Source: Candidatus Moraniibacteriota bacterium
GTDB lineage: Bacteria > Patescibacteriota > Minisyncoccia > Moranbacterales > UBA1568
Length of the DNA: 64,000 nt
Direction of reading: 5' to 3'
NCBI GenBank assembly: GCA_023261695.1
Contig: JAHFON010000003.1
Span: forward strand, 6,682-70,681
A program made the translations under genes and the position numbers. The notes beneath the pieces are model-generated. The model made no database searches. It had not been told where the DNA came from and saw only the letters and a program-made list of their open reading frames with translations. Position 1 is the first letter of the stretch, and every line of letters begins with the position of its first letter. Below, in pieces: positions 42,709 through 53,900 of the stretch.

Positions 42709-43940
42709 AAAACCATTATGCTCCGTTAGCCGAAAGAATGCGTCCGAAAAAATTGGAAGATTTTTTGGGACAGGAGCAAGTTTTTGGCGCCGATACTTTT
42801 TTGAGGCTGGCTTTGGCGGAGGGGCATATTCCCTCGCTCATTTTATGGGGGCCTCCCGGAAGCGGCAAGACGACTCTGGCGCGTTTGTTGTCCCAAGAAT
42901 TGTCGGCGGATTTCATCCAATTTTCTGGTGTGGCGAGCGGTAAAAAGGATTTGCGGGAGGTTACCTTGCGCGCTGAGAATAATTATAAGGACAAGAAGCA
43001 GACGATTTTATTTTTAGATGAAATCCATCGCTGGAACAAAGCGCAACAAGACGCGCTTTTACCGTATGTGGAATCCGGTGTGATAACGCTTGTCGGCGCA
43101 ACGACGGAAAATCCGAGTTTTGAAATCAACGCCGCTTTGCTTTCCCGGACGCGCGTACTAGTTCTGAAAAAATTGAATCAGGAAATTTTGGTAACGCTTC
43201 TCAAACGGGCGCTCAAGACTGATGAAATACTGCTTAAACAAAAAATAAAAGCGGATGAAAAAGCATTCACTTTTATTGCGGCAGTTTCCGGAGGCGACGC
43301 GAGGCAGGCGTTTAATATTTTGGAGGCCTGCGCTTCTCAAGAAAAAAATATTACGCCAAAAATTGTGGAAAAAGTGGTGGAGCGTTCGCATATACTTTAT
43401 GATAAAGGCGGTGAGGAGCATTACAATATTATTTCCGCTTTGCATAAATCAATGCGCGGTAATAATGCTGACGCGGCGCTGTATTGGCTCGGGCGGATGT
43501 TGGAAGCGGGAGAGGATCCGCTCTATGTGGCGCGGCGGTTAGTGCGGTTTGCTTCCGAGGACGTGGGACTAGCCAACTCATTTGCTTTGCCGCAGGCTGT
43601 TGCGGTCTATCAAGCCTGCCAATATCTTGGAATGCCGGAGTGCGAGGTGCATCTGGCGCAGGCGGTGGTATATCTCGCGAGTTCCAAGAAAAGTAACGCG
43701 CTTTACGCGGCTTATAACCAAGTAAAAGAGGATGTCCGCCAATTTCCCAACGAACCCGTCCCGCTTCATTTGCGAAACGCCCCAACCAGACTAATGAAAG
43801 AATTGGGATACGGAAAAGATTATAAATATACGCCGAATTTCAAAAATGCAAAATCTGCTCAACAGGAATATCTACCGGAAATACTCAAAGAACGGAAATA
43901 TTTGGAGATTAAGAGTAAAAACAGCACAACAGAAACGTGA
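42705..43940 (+). CDS. rarA: Replication-associated recombination protein A (MgsA)
   Basis: [45 protein letters not shown]. Confidence 0.95.
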   Translation: MKNHYAPLAERMRPKKLEDFLGQEQVFGADTFLRLALAEGHIPSLILWGPPGSGKTTLARLLSQELSADFIQFSGVASGKKDLREVTLRAENNYKDKKQTILFLDEIHRWNKAQQDALLPYVESGVITLVGATTENPSFEINAALLSRTRVLVLKKLNQEILVTLLKRALKTDEILLKQKIKADEKAFTFIAAVSGGDARQAFNILEACASQEKNITPKIVEKVVERSHILYDKGGEEHYNIISALHKSMRGNNADAALYWLGRMLEAGEDPLYVARRLVRFASEDVGLANSFALPQAVAVYQACQYLGMPECEVHLAQAVVYLASSKKSNALYAAYNQVKEDVRQFPNEPVPLHLRNAPTRLMKELGYGKDYKYTPNFKNAKSAQQEYLPEILKERKYLEIKSKNSTTET

Positions 43941-44170
43941 TCTCAAAACAATGATTGCGGAATTATGTTACATTCTATAATAAGAATATGAATTGTATTT
44001 AACTATTTTAAATTATGAAAATACTGGTTTCTCGGGAAGATGCGAATTATTGGCAGAAGAAAGGCGCTTTAGCATTCCGTTTTCAATTTGGAAATGAGAG
44101 TAAAGACGGAATTATCATAGAGCGAAACGGACAACATACGTGCTTTATCGCTTTGGGAGAGAAAGAAAAA

Positions 44171-44215
44171 CCCGCCCGCAACGATTCGCAGGCGAAACGC
44201 GGTGATTCTGGCGGG
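44171..44215. repeat. In-frame palindromic insertion in pepA
   Basis: 45 nt CCCGCC...GGCGGG, encodes PARNDSQAKRGDSGG. Confidence 0.6.
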
Positions 44216-44734
44216 ATGACGCGGCGTAAGCTGATACTTCTGGCACGGCGGGTAGTCTTTGAGGCGTTGAGGAAAAAATACACAAACATCGTCTTGGACT
44301 TCCGGCAGTTTCGTTTTCCGGCAATCAAGATAACTGATGGCGAACTGGCTGAATTATTGGCGATAAACTTTCTGATGGCGAGTTTTGAATTTCGGGATTT
44401 TCTTTCCAAACCGAAAGAGGGGTTTCCAAAAGTAAATACCATTACTCTTGTGAACGCATCCGGAAAAGAAATTCAGAGTGGTATAGAACGCGGTATTATC
44501 ATCGGAGAAGAAGTGAATCATGCTCGGCATATTGCGACGATGCCGGGAGGAAATATGACGCCGGCGATTCTCGCCAAACATACCAAGCAATCCGTGAAAG
44601 GTTTGCCTATCCAATTCAGCGTTTTGAATGAGACGCAAATGGCGCGTTTGAAAATGGGCGGCGTGCTGGCTGTTGGTCAGGGGTCTCAAGAGAAGTCGCG
44701 TTTTATTATTTTGGAATATTTTGGCGCGGGTAAG

Positions 44735-44764
44735 CCCGCCCAAGGCGGATCCGCCTCTAGCGGA
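44735..44764. repeat. In-frame palindromic insertion in pepA
   Basis: 30 nt with perfect core palindrome AGGCGGATCCGCCT, encodes PAQGGSASSG. Confidence 0.7.
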
Positions 44765-45526
44765 AAAGAAAAACCAATTTGTCCTTGTGGGCAAGGGCGT
44801 GACATTTGATACAGGCGGAATCAATCTCAAACCCACCGATGCCATTCTGGGGATGAATATGGATATGTCTGGCGGCGCGGCGGTTATTCATACGTTGATT
44901 GCTGCGGCTCGTTTGAAGCTTCGGAAAAATATTGTGGCGCTCATTCCGGCCGTGGAGAATGCGCCGTCGGGATCAAGTTATCGCCCCGGGGACGTGCTTC
45001 GTTCAATGTCCGGCAAGACGATTGAGGTGCGAAACACGGACGCGGAAGGCAGAATTATTTTGGCCGACGCGCTTACTTATGCCAAGCGTTACCGACCGGC
45101 GTTGGTTGTGGATGTCGCGACACTCACGGGTTCCGCGGTGGTCGCGCTCGGAGAAAGAGCCATCGCGCTTTTTACGCAAGACGAAAAATTGGAACAAACA
45201 TTTCGTCTTTTGGGTGAGGAGAGCGGGGATTATGTCTGGCCGTTGCCTTTGTGGGACGAGTATGACGAAGACATCAAAGGAGTGTTTGGCGATGTGGCGA
45301 ATGTCGGCAAAACGCGCTACGGAGATGCTATTTTAGCAGCCGTGTTTCTCAAACAATTTGTAGCGGACGCGTATCCATGGACGCACCTGGATATCGCGCC
45401 GCGGATGACGGCTTTACCTGATGAATTTCTAGCTAAAGGTTCCGCCGGCGCTCCCGTGAGACTTTTGGTAAAATTGCTGGAGAAGTTTACGAAGTAGTTG
45501 CTTCAATTGGATCATAAAAATAACTT

Positions 45527-45553
45527 TGCCCTTAGCGGGCATTTTATTTTTTT
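45527..45553 (+). terminator. Terminator after pepA
   Basis: TGCCC-ttagc-GGGCA followed by a T-tract. Confidence 0.6.
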
Positions 45554-45594
45554 ATGGCTTTTTCTAGCCATTTTTTTGGTGTATAACTTTTGTG

Positions 45595-45657
45595 TTGACG
45601 AGTGAATATTGGTGGCATATAATGTGGAAGCAGTTAATAGAAGTGGGTAATAGTGGG
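45595..45657 (+). promoter_or_regulatory. dcw promoter with MraZ-box-like repeats
   Basis: TTGACG-N17-TATAAT (45595-45623); GTGGG at 45643 and 45653 (10-bp spacing), GTGG at 45612 and 45624. Confidence 0.8.
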
Positions 45658-45811
45658 GAAACATAGAAAAAGGAAAATTAAAAAATTAAAATTAAAAATG
45701 ACAGATAAAAAACTTTCAAATAAGCAAAATCTAAAACATTTTTGAATTTAACGGGTTTTTCTTTTTGCGTTATCACTTTCCATTTTGATATTTACATTTT
45801 GATTTGAAATT

Positions 45812-46246
45812 ATGTTCATCGGAGAATATACGCACACTATAGATCCTAAAAAGCGTCTGGCGCTTCCTTCCAAGTTTCGCGGCGAACTGGGAAGCAAAGT
45901 CGTAGTGACGCGCGGACTGGATAATTGTTTGTTCGTGTATCCGATAAGAGTCTGGGATGAACTGGCATCAAAATTAGGAACATTACCCGTCGGCGAATCT
46001 GGCACGCGCAGTTTCATTCGTGTGATGTTGGCTGGAGCGACAGATGTGGAACTGGACAGTCAGGGACGCATTCTGCTTCCGGAATATTTGAAAACTGATG
46101 GAGGGTTGAAGAAAGACGTCACCATAGTCGGACTTTTCAACCGTTTGGAGATTTGGGATACGCCCCGGTGGAAAAAATATAAGAATCAAGCAGAGAAGAA
46201 TACCGGTAAGATTGCTGAAGAACTGGGTAAGCTGGGAGTCTACTAA
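45812..46246 (+). CDS. mraZ: Division/cell-wall cluster repressor MraZ
   Basis: MFIGEYTHTIDPKKRLALP, DSQGRILLP, RLEIW. Confidence 0.97.
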   Translation: MFIGEYTHTIDPKKRLALPSKFRGELGSKVVVTRGLDNCLFVYPIRVWDELASKLGTLPVGESGTRSFIRVMLAGATDVELDSQGRILLPEYLKTDGGLKKDVTIVGLFNRLEIWDTPRWKKYKNQAEKNTGKIAEELGKLGVY

Positions 46247-46276
46247 GTTACTACAAATTTGTAATTTGTAGAGGTT

Positions 46277-47227
46277 ATGACAAGACATATTCCCGTATTG
46301 CTGGAAGAGACGATAGATGAGTTGCACCTTACAAAAGGAAATATGGTGGTGGACGTTACTTTGGGCGGCGGAGGGCATACGCGGGAAATACTGAAACGCC
46401 ACGGTAGAGTAATCGCGTTGGACGCGGACGAAGACGCACTCGCAAGATTTCAGACACACGCGCAGTCTGACCCCGTTCTCAAACGCGCGCTCACGGATAG
46501 ATCTCTAGTGCTCGTGCGCGCCAATTATTCTACGCTTGATGAAGTGTTGGAGCATGCGGGAGTCGAATTGTGTGACGCGATTGTCGCGGATCTCGGATTT
46601 TCTTCCGATCAGATTGAAGAGGGAGAAAGGGGTTTCAGTTTTTTACACAGCGGCCCTTTGGATATGCGCTTTGATCGGACGACGGAACTTACGGCCGAGA
46701 AAATAGTGAACACGTTTTCGGCTGCGGAGCTCTCCAGAATTTTTCGCGAGTACGGAGATGAGAGCGAAGCCAAGCGCATAGCTCTGGCGATTGAAATTTC
46801 TCGTCGGGAGAAGTCCATTATGACAACCGAAGAATTGCGTGAAATTATTACCCAAGCCTATCCCAAGGGCAAGCGGCGCGGAATGAAAATCCACCCGGCC
46901 ACGAAGGTATTTCAGGCTCTGCGCATAGCGGTTAATCATGAGTTTGAACACCTGGAGAGTTTTCTTTCGCAAGCGCTGAAACATTTGAAACCGAGCGGAC
47001 GTTTGGCGATTATCACGTTTCACTCCGGCGAAGACGGTCTGGTCAAGAGATTTTTCAAAAACCAAGCGCGCGGCTGTATCTGCCCGCCGAAATTTCCCGT
47101 CTGTATCTGCGGACGTAAGCCGGCCATCAAAATAGTTACCAAAAAGCCCATTATGCCGAACGCAACAGAAATAAAAAATAATCCGCGATCCCGAAGCGCC
47201 AGACTGCGTGTCGTGGAAAAATTATGA
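46277..47227 (+). CDS. rsmH: 16S rRNA m4C1402 methyltransferase
   Basis: HIPVLL, TLGGGGH, DLGFSS, HPATKVFQALRIAVN, NPRSRSARLR. Confidence 0.97.
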   Translation: MTRHIPVLLEETIDELHLTKGNMVVDVTLGGGGHTREILKRHGRVIALDADEDALARFQTHAQSDPVLKRALTDRSLVLVRANYSTLDEVLEHAGVELCDAIVADLGFSSDQIEEGERGFSFLHSGPLDMRFDRTTELTAEKIVNTFSAAELSRIFREYGDESEAKRIALAIEISRREKSIMTTEELREIITQAYPKGKRRGMKIHPATKVFQALRIAVNHEFEHLESFLSQALKHLKPSGRLAIITFHSGEDGLVKRFFKNQARGCICPPKFPVCICGRKPAIKIVTKKPIMPNATEIKNNPRSRSARLRVVEKL

Positions 47228-47276
47228 CGAAAATTTGATCCGTACTCGCGAATACCCAAAAACAAAAATACAATTT

Positions 47277-47630
47277 ATGAAAACTTACAGCTGTCCCGTT
47301 AAAATAACGTCGTCTTTGGAGAAGAAAAGAAAGATGGCCGCTGGTCTTTCTGGCGCGACGCACATATTCACGCTCGGTATTCTGCTGATAATTTTCGCGG
47401 CGGGCGGCGGTTATTTGTATTCCGTCAATCGCAGCGCCGTGCAAGGTTATCGTATGCGTGCGCTGGAAAAAGAAATTGACAGACTCAAACAGGAAAACGC
47501 TGAATTCAAAATTAATGAAGCCGATTTGCGCTCGCTCTATCGGATTGAAGCTTCGGAAGAAGCGCTCTCTATGCAGAAACCCGAGTCGATAATTTATCTT
47601 GAAGAACGCGGTCCGGTGGCTTTGAAATAA
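47277..47630 (+). CDS. FtsL-like bitopic cell-division protein
   Basis: Lies between rsmH and the PBP gene; single TM plus leucine-zipper-like coil. Confidence 0.6.
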   Translation: MKTYSCPVKITSSLEKKRKMAAGLSGATHIFTLGILLIIFAAGGGYLYSVNRSAVQGYRMRALEKEIDRLKQENAEFKINEADLRSLYRIEASEEALSMQKPESIIYLEERGPVALK

Positions 47631-47673
47631 TTTGAAATAAATTAACTGGATTGCGCGGCAGATACATATATGT

Positions 47674-49449
47674 ATGCGAAGCGGAGGTTATATCCGATCA
47701 AAAATAGAGAAGAAAAAACGCGCTTTTTCCGGAAATGAGAATCGGGTGCGGAGTCTGGGCGCGGTGGTTTTTTTTATCGGCGCGATTTTAATCGCGCGTT
47801 TGTATTTTATTCAGGTTGTAAGCTATGACAAATGGGTAGCCATCGCGGAGAATCAGCACAACGCTTTTCAGGCATTGATAGCTGATCGCGGAGAAGTCTA
47901 TATGCGCGATGGCGATGGCCGGTATCCGCTGGCTGTCAATCGCGAGTATCAGATGGTTTATGCTGTGCCGAGGGATATTATCGAAAAAGATTATACGGCT
48001 TCGGAACTCGCGCGTATTTTGTCACTGGATCGGTCCGTGATTGCGGAAAAGCTGAATCTCGCGAATGATCCTTTTGAAATCATCAAGAAGCGTTTGACGG
48101 ATGAAGAAGTGCAACAAATGAAACAAGTCGGACTCAAAGGCGTGGCCCTGCTTCCTGAAAAATATCGGTATTATCCGGCGGGAGAACTGGCTTCGCAGGT
48201 GGTGGGTTTCGTAAGTCTGGGCGGAAAAGACAGCGCGAGCGGATACGGCATAGAGTCGTCGCAGAATGATCACTTGCGGGGGAAAGACGGCGAGGTTTCA
48301 CAGGAAAAAGACGCGGCTGGCCGGTGGATTCCGCTGTCTGATCGTAATTTGGTATCTCCTCAAAATGGCGCCAGTTTGGTATTGACATTGGATCGCGTGA
48401 TCCAGTATGAAACGGAGAAGATACTTGGTGAAGCACTCCAAAGTTACGAAGCAAAGGGGGCATCGGCCATTGTGATGGATCCGAAAACCGGCGCAATTCT
48501 CGCGATGGCATCCCAGCCGCAATTTGATCCGAATAATTATTCCCAAGTGGAAGATTATTCCGTGTTTCTTAATCCCGCGATCAGCTTTTCGTATGAGCCG
48601 GGATCAATAATGAAGCCGATCACTATGGCCATCGGTATTGAAGAAGGAAAAGTCAACTCCAACACTGAATATGTGGACACGGGATCGGTATCTGCCAACG
48701 GCTATGTGATACGCAACGCTGAAGGCAAGGTATACGGCAGAAGCGCAATGACAAAAGTTCTGGAAGAATCCATCAATACCGGCGTGATCTTTGTGGAAAA
48801 ACTCATAGGACATCTCACTTTTAAGGAATATTTCGAACGTTTCGGATTTGGCGCGAAAACCAATATCGCCTTGCCGGCTGAACTGGCTGGCAATACGCTG
48901 AACTTGGAAAATACCCGCTCCGACGTGGCTTTTTTCACCGCGGCTTTCGGTCAAGGCGTGGCCGTGACGCCGCTTCAGATGACAACGGCGTACGCTGTTT
49001 TGGCCAATGGAGGCACGCTTTACAAACCGCAAATTGTTGAACGCGTTATCAACGCCGATGGGACGCAGGAAAAAATAGAGCCACAAGCAGTGCGCCGTGT
49101 TTTGAGTGAAGAAACCAGCCGGACTATAAGTGAGATGTTGCGCGGTGTTGTCACGCGCGGGCACGGAAAACGAGCGGACGTTCCGGGATATTTGGTCGGC
49201 GGCAAGACCGGTACGGCGCAAGTGGCGAAAAGTGACAGCAAGGGCTATGAAGAGGGGTTAAGCATCGGATCTTTTGTGGGTTACGCGCCGCTCAATGATC
49301 CGCGTTTTGTGGTTTTGGTGAAAATTGATAATCCCAAAAATGTGCAGTGGGCGGAATCCAGCGCCGCGCCGACCTTTGGCAAGATTATGAAATTTTTATT
49401 GGAGTACGCCAAGATCAAGCCGACAGAAATCGTTGCGCCGAAAAAGTAA
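47674..49449 (+). CDS. ftsI: Class B penicillin-binding protein (FtsI-like)
   Basis: EPGSIMK (SxxK), SIN (SxN), KTGTAQ; dcw context. Confidence 0.88.
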   Translation: MRSGGYIRSKIEKKKRAFSGNENRVRSLGAVVFFIGAILIARLYFIQVVSYDKWVAIAENQHNAFQALIADRGEVYMRDGDGRYPLAVNREYQMVYAVPRDIIEKDYTASELARILSLDRSVIAEKLNLANDPFEIIKKRLTDEEVQQMKQVGLKGVALLPEKYRYYPAGELASQVVGFVSLGGKDSASGYGIESSQNDHLRGKDGEVSQEKDAAGRWIPLSDRNLVSPQNGASLVLTLDRVIQYETEKILGEALQSYEAKGASAIVMDPKTGAILAMASQPQFDPNNYSQVEDYSVFLNPAISFSYEPGSIMKPITMAIGIEEGKVNSNTEYVDTGSVSANGYVIRNAEGKVYGRSAMTKVLEESINTGVIFVEKLIGHLTFKEYFERFGFGAKTNIALPAELAGNTLNLENTRSDVAFFTAAFGQGVAVTPLQMTTAYAVLANGGTLYKPQIVERVINADGTQEKIEPQAVRRVLSEETSRTISEMLRGVVTRGHGKRADVPGYLVGGKTGTAQVAKSDSKGYEEGLSIGSFVGYAPLNDPRFVVLVKIDNPKNVQWAESSAAPTFGKIMKFLLEYAKIKPTEIVAPKK

Positions 49450-49461
49450 TATTCAATACGT

Positions 49462-50253
49462 ATGGCCTCGCATCAAAGAAAAATGTTTGAAAATATTTTG
49501 CGTTTTATGGCGTGCGTGGTAATTCGCGCGCGTCAGCCGCTGATTATCGGGATCCTCGGATTATCCGGAAACACATTAACTAAAGAAGCAGTAACTTTGG
49601 TTTTATCCCAAACATATTTTGTCCGTAAGATACAAGGAGAACGCGCTGATGAAACCGATGTTTGGTTGACGATTATCGGCGCGTCAGACGCTCGCGCGCC
49701 GCTTATATATTTGATGGCGGCTTTTTTTCGCTGGCTGGCGATAATGGTTCTGCCTATACGCTATCCGGATGTGCTGGTGCTGGAAATGAACATTGAACAA
49801 CTTGGGGACGCAGAACATTTAATGAGTTGCATACCGATGAAAATCGGCGTGGTTACGCAGATTATCTCAAACGACAACACGTCTTCCGAATTTGCGGGAG
49901 ATGTCGTCAAAAAATATGGGAAGCTGATGGCGCTTCTGCCGGAAGACGGCTTTGCCATTTTGAACGCCGATGATAAACGCATACTTAAGCTTAGGGAAAA
50001 AACGCCAGCCAAAGTTATCACTTATGGTTTTGGCGCAGACGCGTTGTTGTTGGCGGATAACCCGGTTTCTCATCGCGAACTGGGGGGGGATGAAGGATTT
50101 AGTTTCAAACTTAATTATGATGGCAAAACGATACCTGTGCGCTTGCCGAAATCAGCTACCACGGCGCACATTGAACCGGCGCTTACGGCGGCGGCTGTCG
50201 GCATCGCGCTCAAAATGAATCTGGTGGAGATCGTTTCAATTTTGGAAACGTAA
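49462..50253 (+). pseudogene. Truncated, degenerate MurF-like ligase
   Basis: Mur central-domain motifs (LVLEM, AILNADD) are present, but the P-loop reads GLSGNT instead of GSxGKT and the C-terminal domain is missing. Confidence 0.6.
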
Positions 50254-50407
50254 TTTGTTAAATTTTCCTTGATTTGCTACACTAACACCTCACAATCGAG
50301 TGGGTTAATTATGTTGAAATTGTGGAAACAAGTTCTTTATCAATTGAATGTATGATGAAGGAGAGCGTTGGTATTTTACAACAATGAAAAAACTAGGGAG
50401 GGGTATT

Positions 50408-50842
50408 ATGAAGTACATTCATATTCACGTACGAGTTGTTGATCTTGTAGAGATTCTCGGAAAAGACAGGTTTCCCAATCAAGAGGATGAGAAAGTCAAT
50501 GCTGGAGATCTTTTGGAATGGTGTGTTGTTAAATATCCTTCTGGTAATACTGGTAATAAAAATTCTCCCGGCAGAATAGGTGAGGTTTCATTGCTCTCGT
50601 TTCCTGTTCAGTTTATGCAGGACATGTTACTTTCTACCCTTGAGGGAAAAGAGTATGGCGTTGAAGAATGCAGAGGCATGAAGCATGTTCATTCTTGCGG
50701 TTGTATTGAAATCACTCGCTGGGCGCATTTAGATCGCGAGTTTGGCCAGTCTGTTCTTTGCCCAACTTGTAATGACCGCATGTATCGCACCGTTCCTTTT
50801 ATACAAAATACCGTTTCAAAATGTTCATTGCATGCTACATAG
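50408..50842 (+). CDS. Hypothetical Cys/His-rich protein
   Basis: SD GGAGGGG before ATG 50408; HSCGC and CPTC motifs; has its own terminator. Confidence 0.6.
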   Translation: MKYIHIHVRVVDLVEILGKDRFPNQEDEKVNAGDLLEWCVVKYPSGNTGNKNSPGRIGEVSLLSFPVQFMQDMLLSTLEGKEYGVEECRGMKHVHSCGCIEITRWAHLDREFGQSVLCPTCNDRMYRTVPFIQNTVSKCSLHAT

Positions 50843-50881
50843 TCAGCTAACGAAGAAGGGTAGTTTACTATTTGCTGTAAG

Positions 50882-50926
50882 CCCTCGTGGTGGTAAGTTG
50901 TCCACCACGGGGGACTTTTTATTTTT
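50882..50926 (+). terminator. Intrinsic terminator
   Basis: CCCTCGTGGTGG-taagttgt-CCACCACGGGGG followed by a T-tract. Confidence 0.85.
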
Positions 50927-50980
50927 GGAAAAATACCATATTATTAAATTCGGGTAGTCTATTAATATTGCTTAGTTTGT

Positions 50981-53900
50981 ATGTGCGGTATCGTAGGTAT
51001 TTTCGGAAAAAATAACGCAAGCCAAAGAGCTCGCGCCTCACTGGAGAAGATTGTTCATCGGGGTAGCAATGTGTACGAATTGAAAGATTTTGTAGGAGGA
51101 ACATTGGGGGCGAATAGGTTGCCTATTGTAGACCGTGAATTTGGCCAACAACCTTTGCCGAATGAGGATGGCGGTATCTTTGTTGTACAAAACGGAGAAG
51201 TTTTTAATTACAAGGAATTACAGGCAGAGCTCAAACAAAAGGGTCATAATTTCAAAACCGATTGTGATACAGAGGTGCTTGTACACTTATACGAAGAATA
51301 TCGTGAAAAAATGATGGATAAGATAGATTCTGAAATGTTTGCATTTGTTATTTATGATACCAAGACTAATTCAGTATTTGCGGCGCGAGATGCGTTAGGC
51401 GTTAAGCCATTGTATTATGCAACAGATAAAACTGGACAATTTTATTTTGCATCCGAGATTAAACAACTTTCTTGTTTTGATGACATTAAAAATATTCGTG
51501 TTTTTCCGCCAGGGCATTATTATGAAAATGGTAAGTTTAAACAGTACCTATCATTAAAAATCGGCAATAATATTAAAAATGAAAAGAGAGCAACTAGGGA
51601 GCTCGAGGTGCGCTTAGTAGATGCTGTGAAAAAACGTGTTAAGACAGATTTACCTATAGGTGTGTTGTTATCTGGGGGCGTCGATAGTAGTTTAATCATG
51701 GAAATTGCATCTCGCTTACATCCTGATGTAACTGGAATTATTCTCGGTTATCCTGGTTCGTCTGATCATGAATTCGCACTTCGTTTATGCAAAGAGCGTG
51801 GATATAAATATCATATAGTGAGGCCGGATATAGATTACAAGCAAGAGTTAGATCTGCTGATCTATCACTTAGAAACTTACGAGCCGCTTATTATTAGGCA
51901 ATCATTTGCTTTAGATATTTGCGCGCGTGAAGCGCAGCGGCTAGGGTTAAGAATTGTTTTGGTTGGAGAGGGTTCTGATGAGTTGTTTGGCGGATATAAT
52001 GAATTTTCCAATTTGCCTGATAAACTGATCAACAAGGGCTGCGAGATGTTAGTTAAATCCTTGCATGCCGGACATTTACAACGTGTTGACCGCATGAGTA
52101 TGAAGCATACGGTTGAAGTTCGCTGTCCGTTTTTTGATAAAGATGTTGTAAAATTAGCGTTGCAGATTCATGGGGATCTAAAAGTTAGAAGGCAAAACCA
52201 TCAAATAATAACTAAATATATTGTCAGAAAGGTTGCGGAGAATTTTTTACCCTCTTATATTGCATGGAGATACAAAGTTCCTTTTAGCAATGGAGCCGGT
52301 ATGAATGTGGGAAGTAACTTTAAGGTTCAAGATGGCGATGTTGCAAAAGTAGTATTGCAAAAAGCGGAAGTAAATATAGAGACAGAGGTTGTCAAAAAAT
52401 ATGGTGTAAATACCAAAGAAGGTAGGTATTATTTAAAAAAATACTTTGAATATGGCTTTGATAAAGTTGTTGGTTCAGAAAGGCGTTTAATTGTGAAGGA
52501 CAATTTAGGTGATTTATATAAGGCGAAAAGAACTCGGCTTGTGATGGCTGAATTTGACAGGTTGGCTATATATTTTCCTGTGTATTTTGCCGCCCAAGAG
52601 GGGTATTTCAAAACTCATGATCTTGAGGTGGATTTTATAGCAACTGGAGGTGATGATCGTACGTATGCTTCGCTTGTCAATAACTCAGCTCACATAGGGC
52701 TTGCTGATCCTATGTTTGCAATGTTTGAAAATATCGGGGGAGTAAAAGGTGAAATTATTGGAGAGTTGGTTAATATTGTTCCGAATGTTGCGGTGACAAT
52801 AAACCCAAGTATACAGATTAACGAAATTAAAGATTTTACAAAATATAGGGTGGGGACTTTTCAAAAATTCACTACTACGCACAGCGTAGCGAAATATTTT
52901 TTGCCTTCGCAAACCGAAATTATTCCTTATGATTATGATGAATTAGTCGGGAAATTAATAGATAGAAAAATAGATGTGGCGATAGTTATCCCGGAACAAG
53001 CGGTTGAACTTGTTGCTTCTGGCGGACGGATTGTTTTTGATTTTAAGATTTTAGGTAAAAACTTTTTATTTAGCGGCTTTACGATATCCAATCTGATTGA
53101 ATTAAAATACAGGAAAAAACTCAAGTCTTTTATTAGCGCAATTCGTGAATCAACTCGTTACATTATTAAAAATAAAGAAATTTCATTTAAAACTTTTCAA
53201 AAACTCTTTCCGTATCTAAAAAATCCGCGAGTGATTTTTGATTATTATCTGGATATTTGGTCGCCGACTATTAAGGTTGAGAATTCAGATTATCACGCAG
53301 CCCAAAAAATGTGGAAACAAGTCTGTCCGGAACTCTTGAAAGAATATTTGCCTTATTTCGGAACTAAATCAATTACTGAGCCTGTTCTCGAAAAAATTAA
53401 TGATAGAAATTTTAGGAGAGATTTTCCATTTTTAGAAGATCGTCTAGAAGAATTAATAATCAATTCAATGAGCAACGGCGCTGTTTTAAAATTTATCGGG
53501 TTTTGGGGCGCTGGCAAGAAAAATCGAATTACGACCTTGGATAAAGAAATAATAGACAGATTAAAAAAGTATTTTGATGGGATCAGGAAGGTTTTGGGCG
53601 CGAATATTGAGATTACTTTTATTCTTGCAGATGAGCACGCAAAAAATAACGGTTTCGTTCCCAGAGAATACAATAGTTACCTTTCAGGAATAAAAGAATA
53701 TTTGGAAAAAAATGATTTCAAAACGATGCATTTAAATATTTTATGGAAAAAATGGGGATTAAATCAGAGTTGCATTATTAAATTGTTAGAGAAAAAATCT
53801 GAAAGATGGTGGAGAGATGTTCCGATAGCAGAAAAATTAGAAAATCAGGCAGTAAAGAGATTCCTATTCAAAAATAAAAAAGAGGGGGCGCAAAAATATT

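Larger units (their letters stand above)
44015..45497 (+). pseudogene. pepA: Leucyl aminopeptidase (M17) split by a +1 frameshift near 44780 (real or sequencing error)
   Basis: ORF 44015-44809 joins ORF 44673-45497 if one T of 44778-44780 is removed (KEKPI|VLVGKGVTFDTGG); NTDAEGR and DVATLTG are present. Confidence 0.85.
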
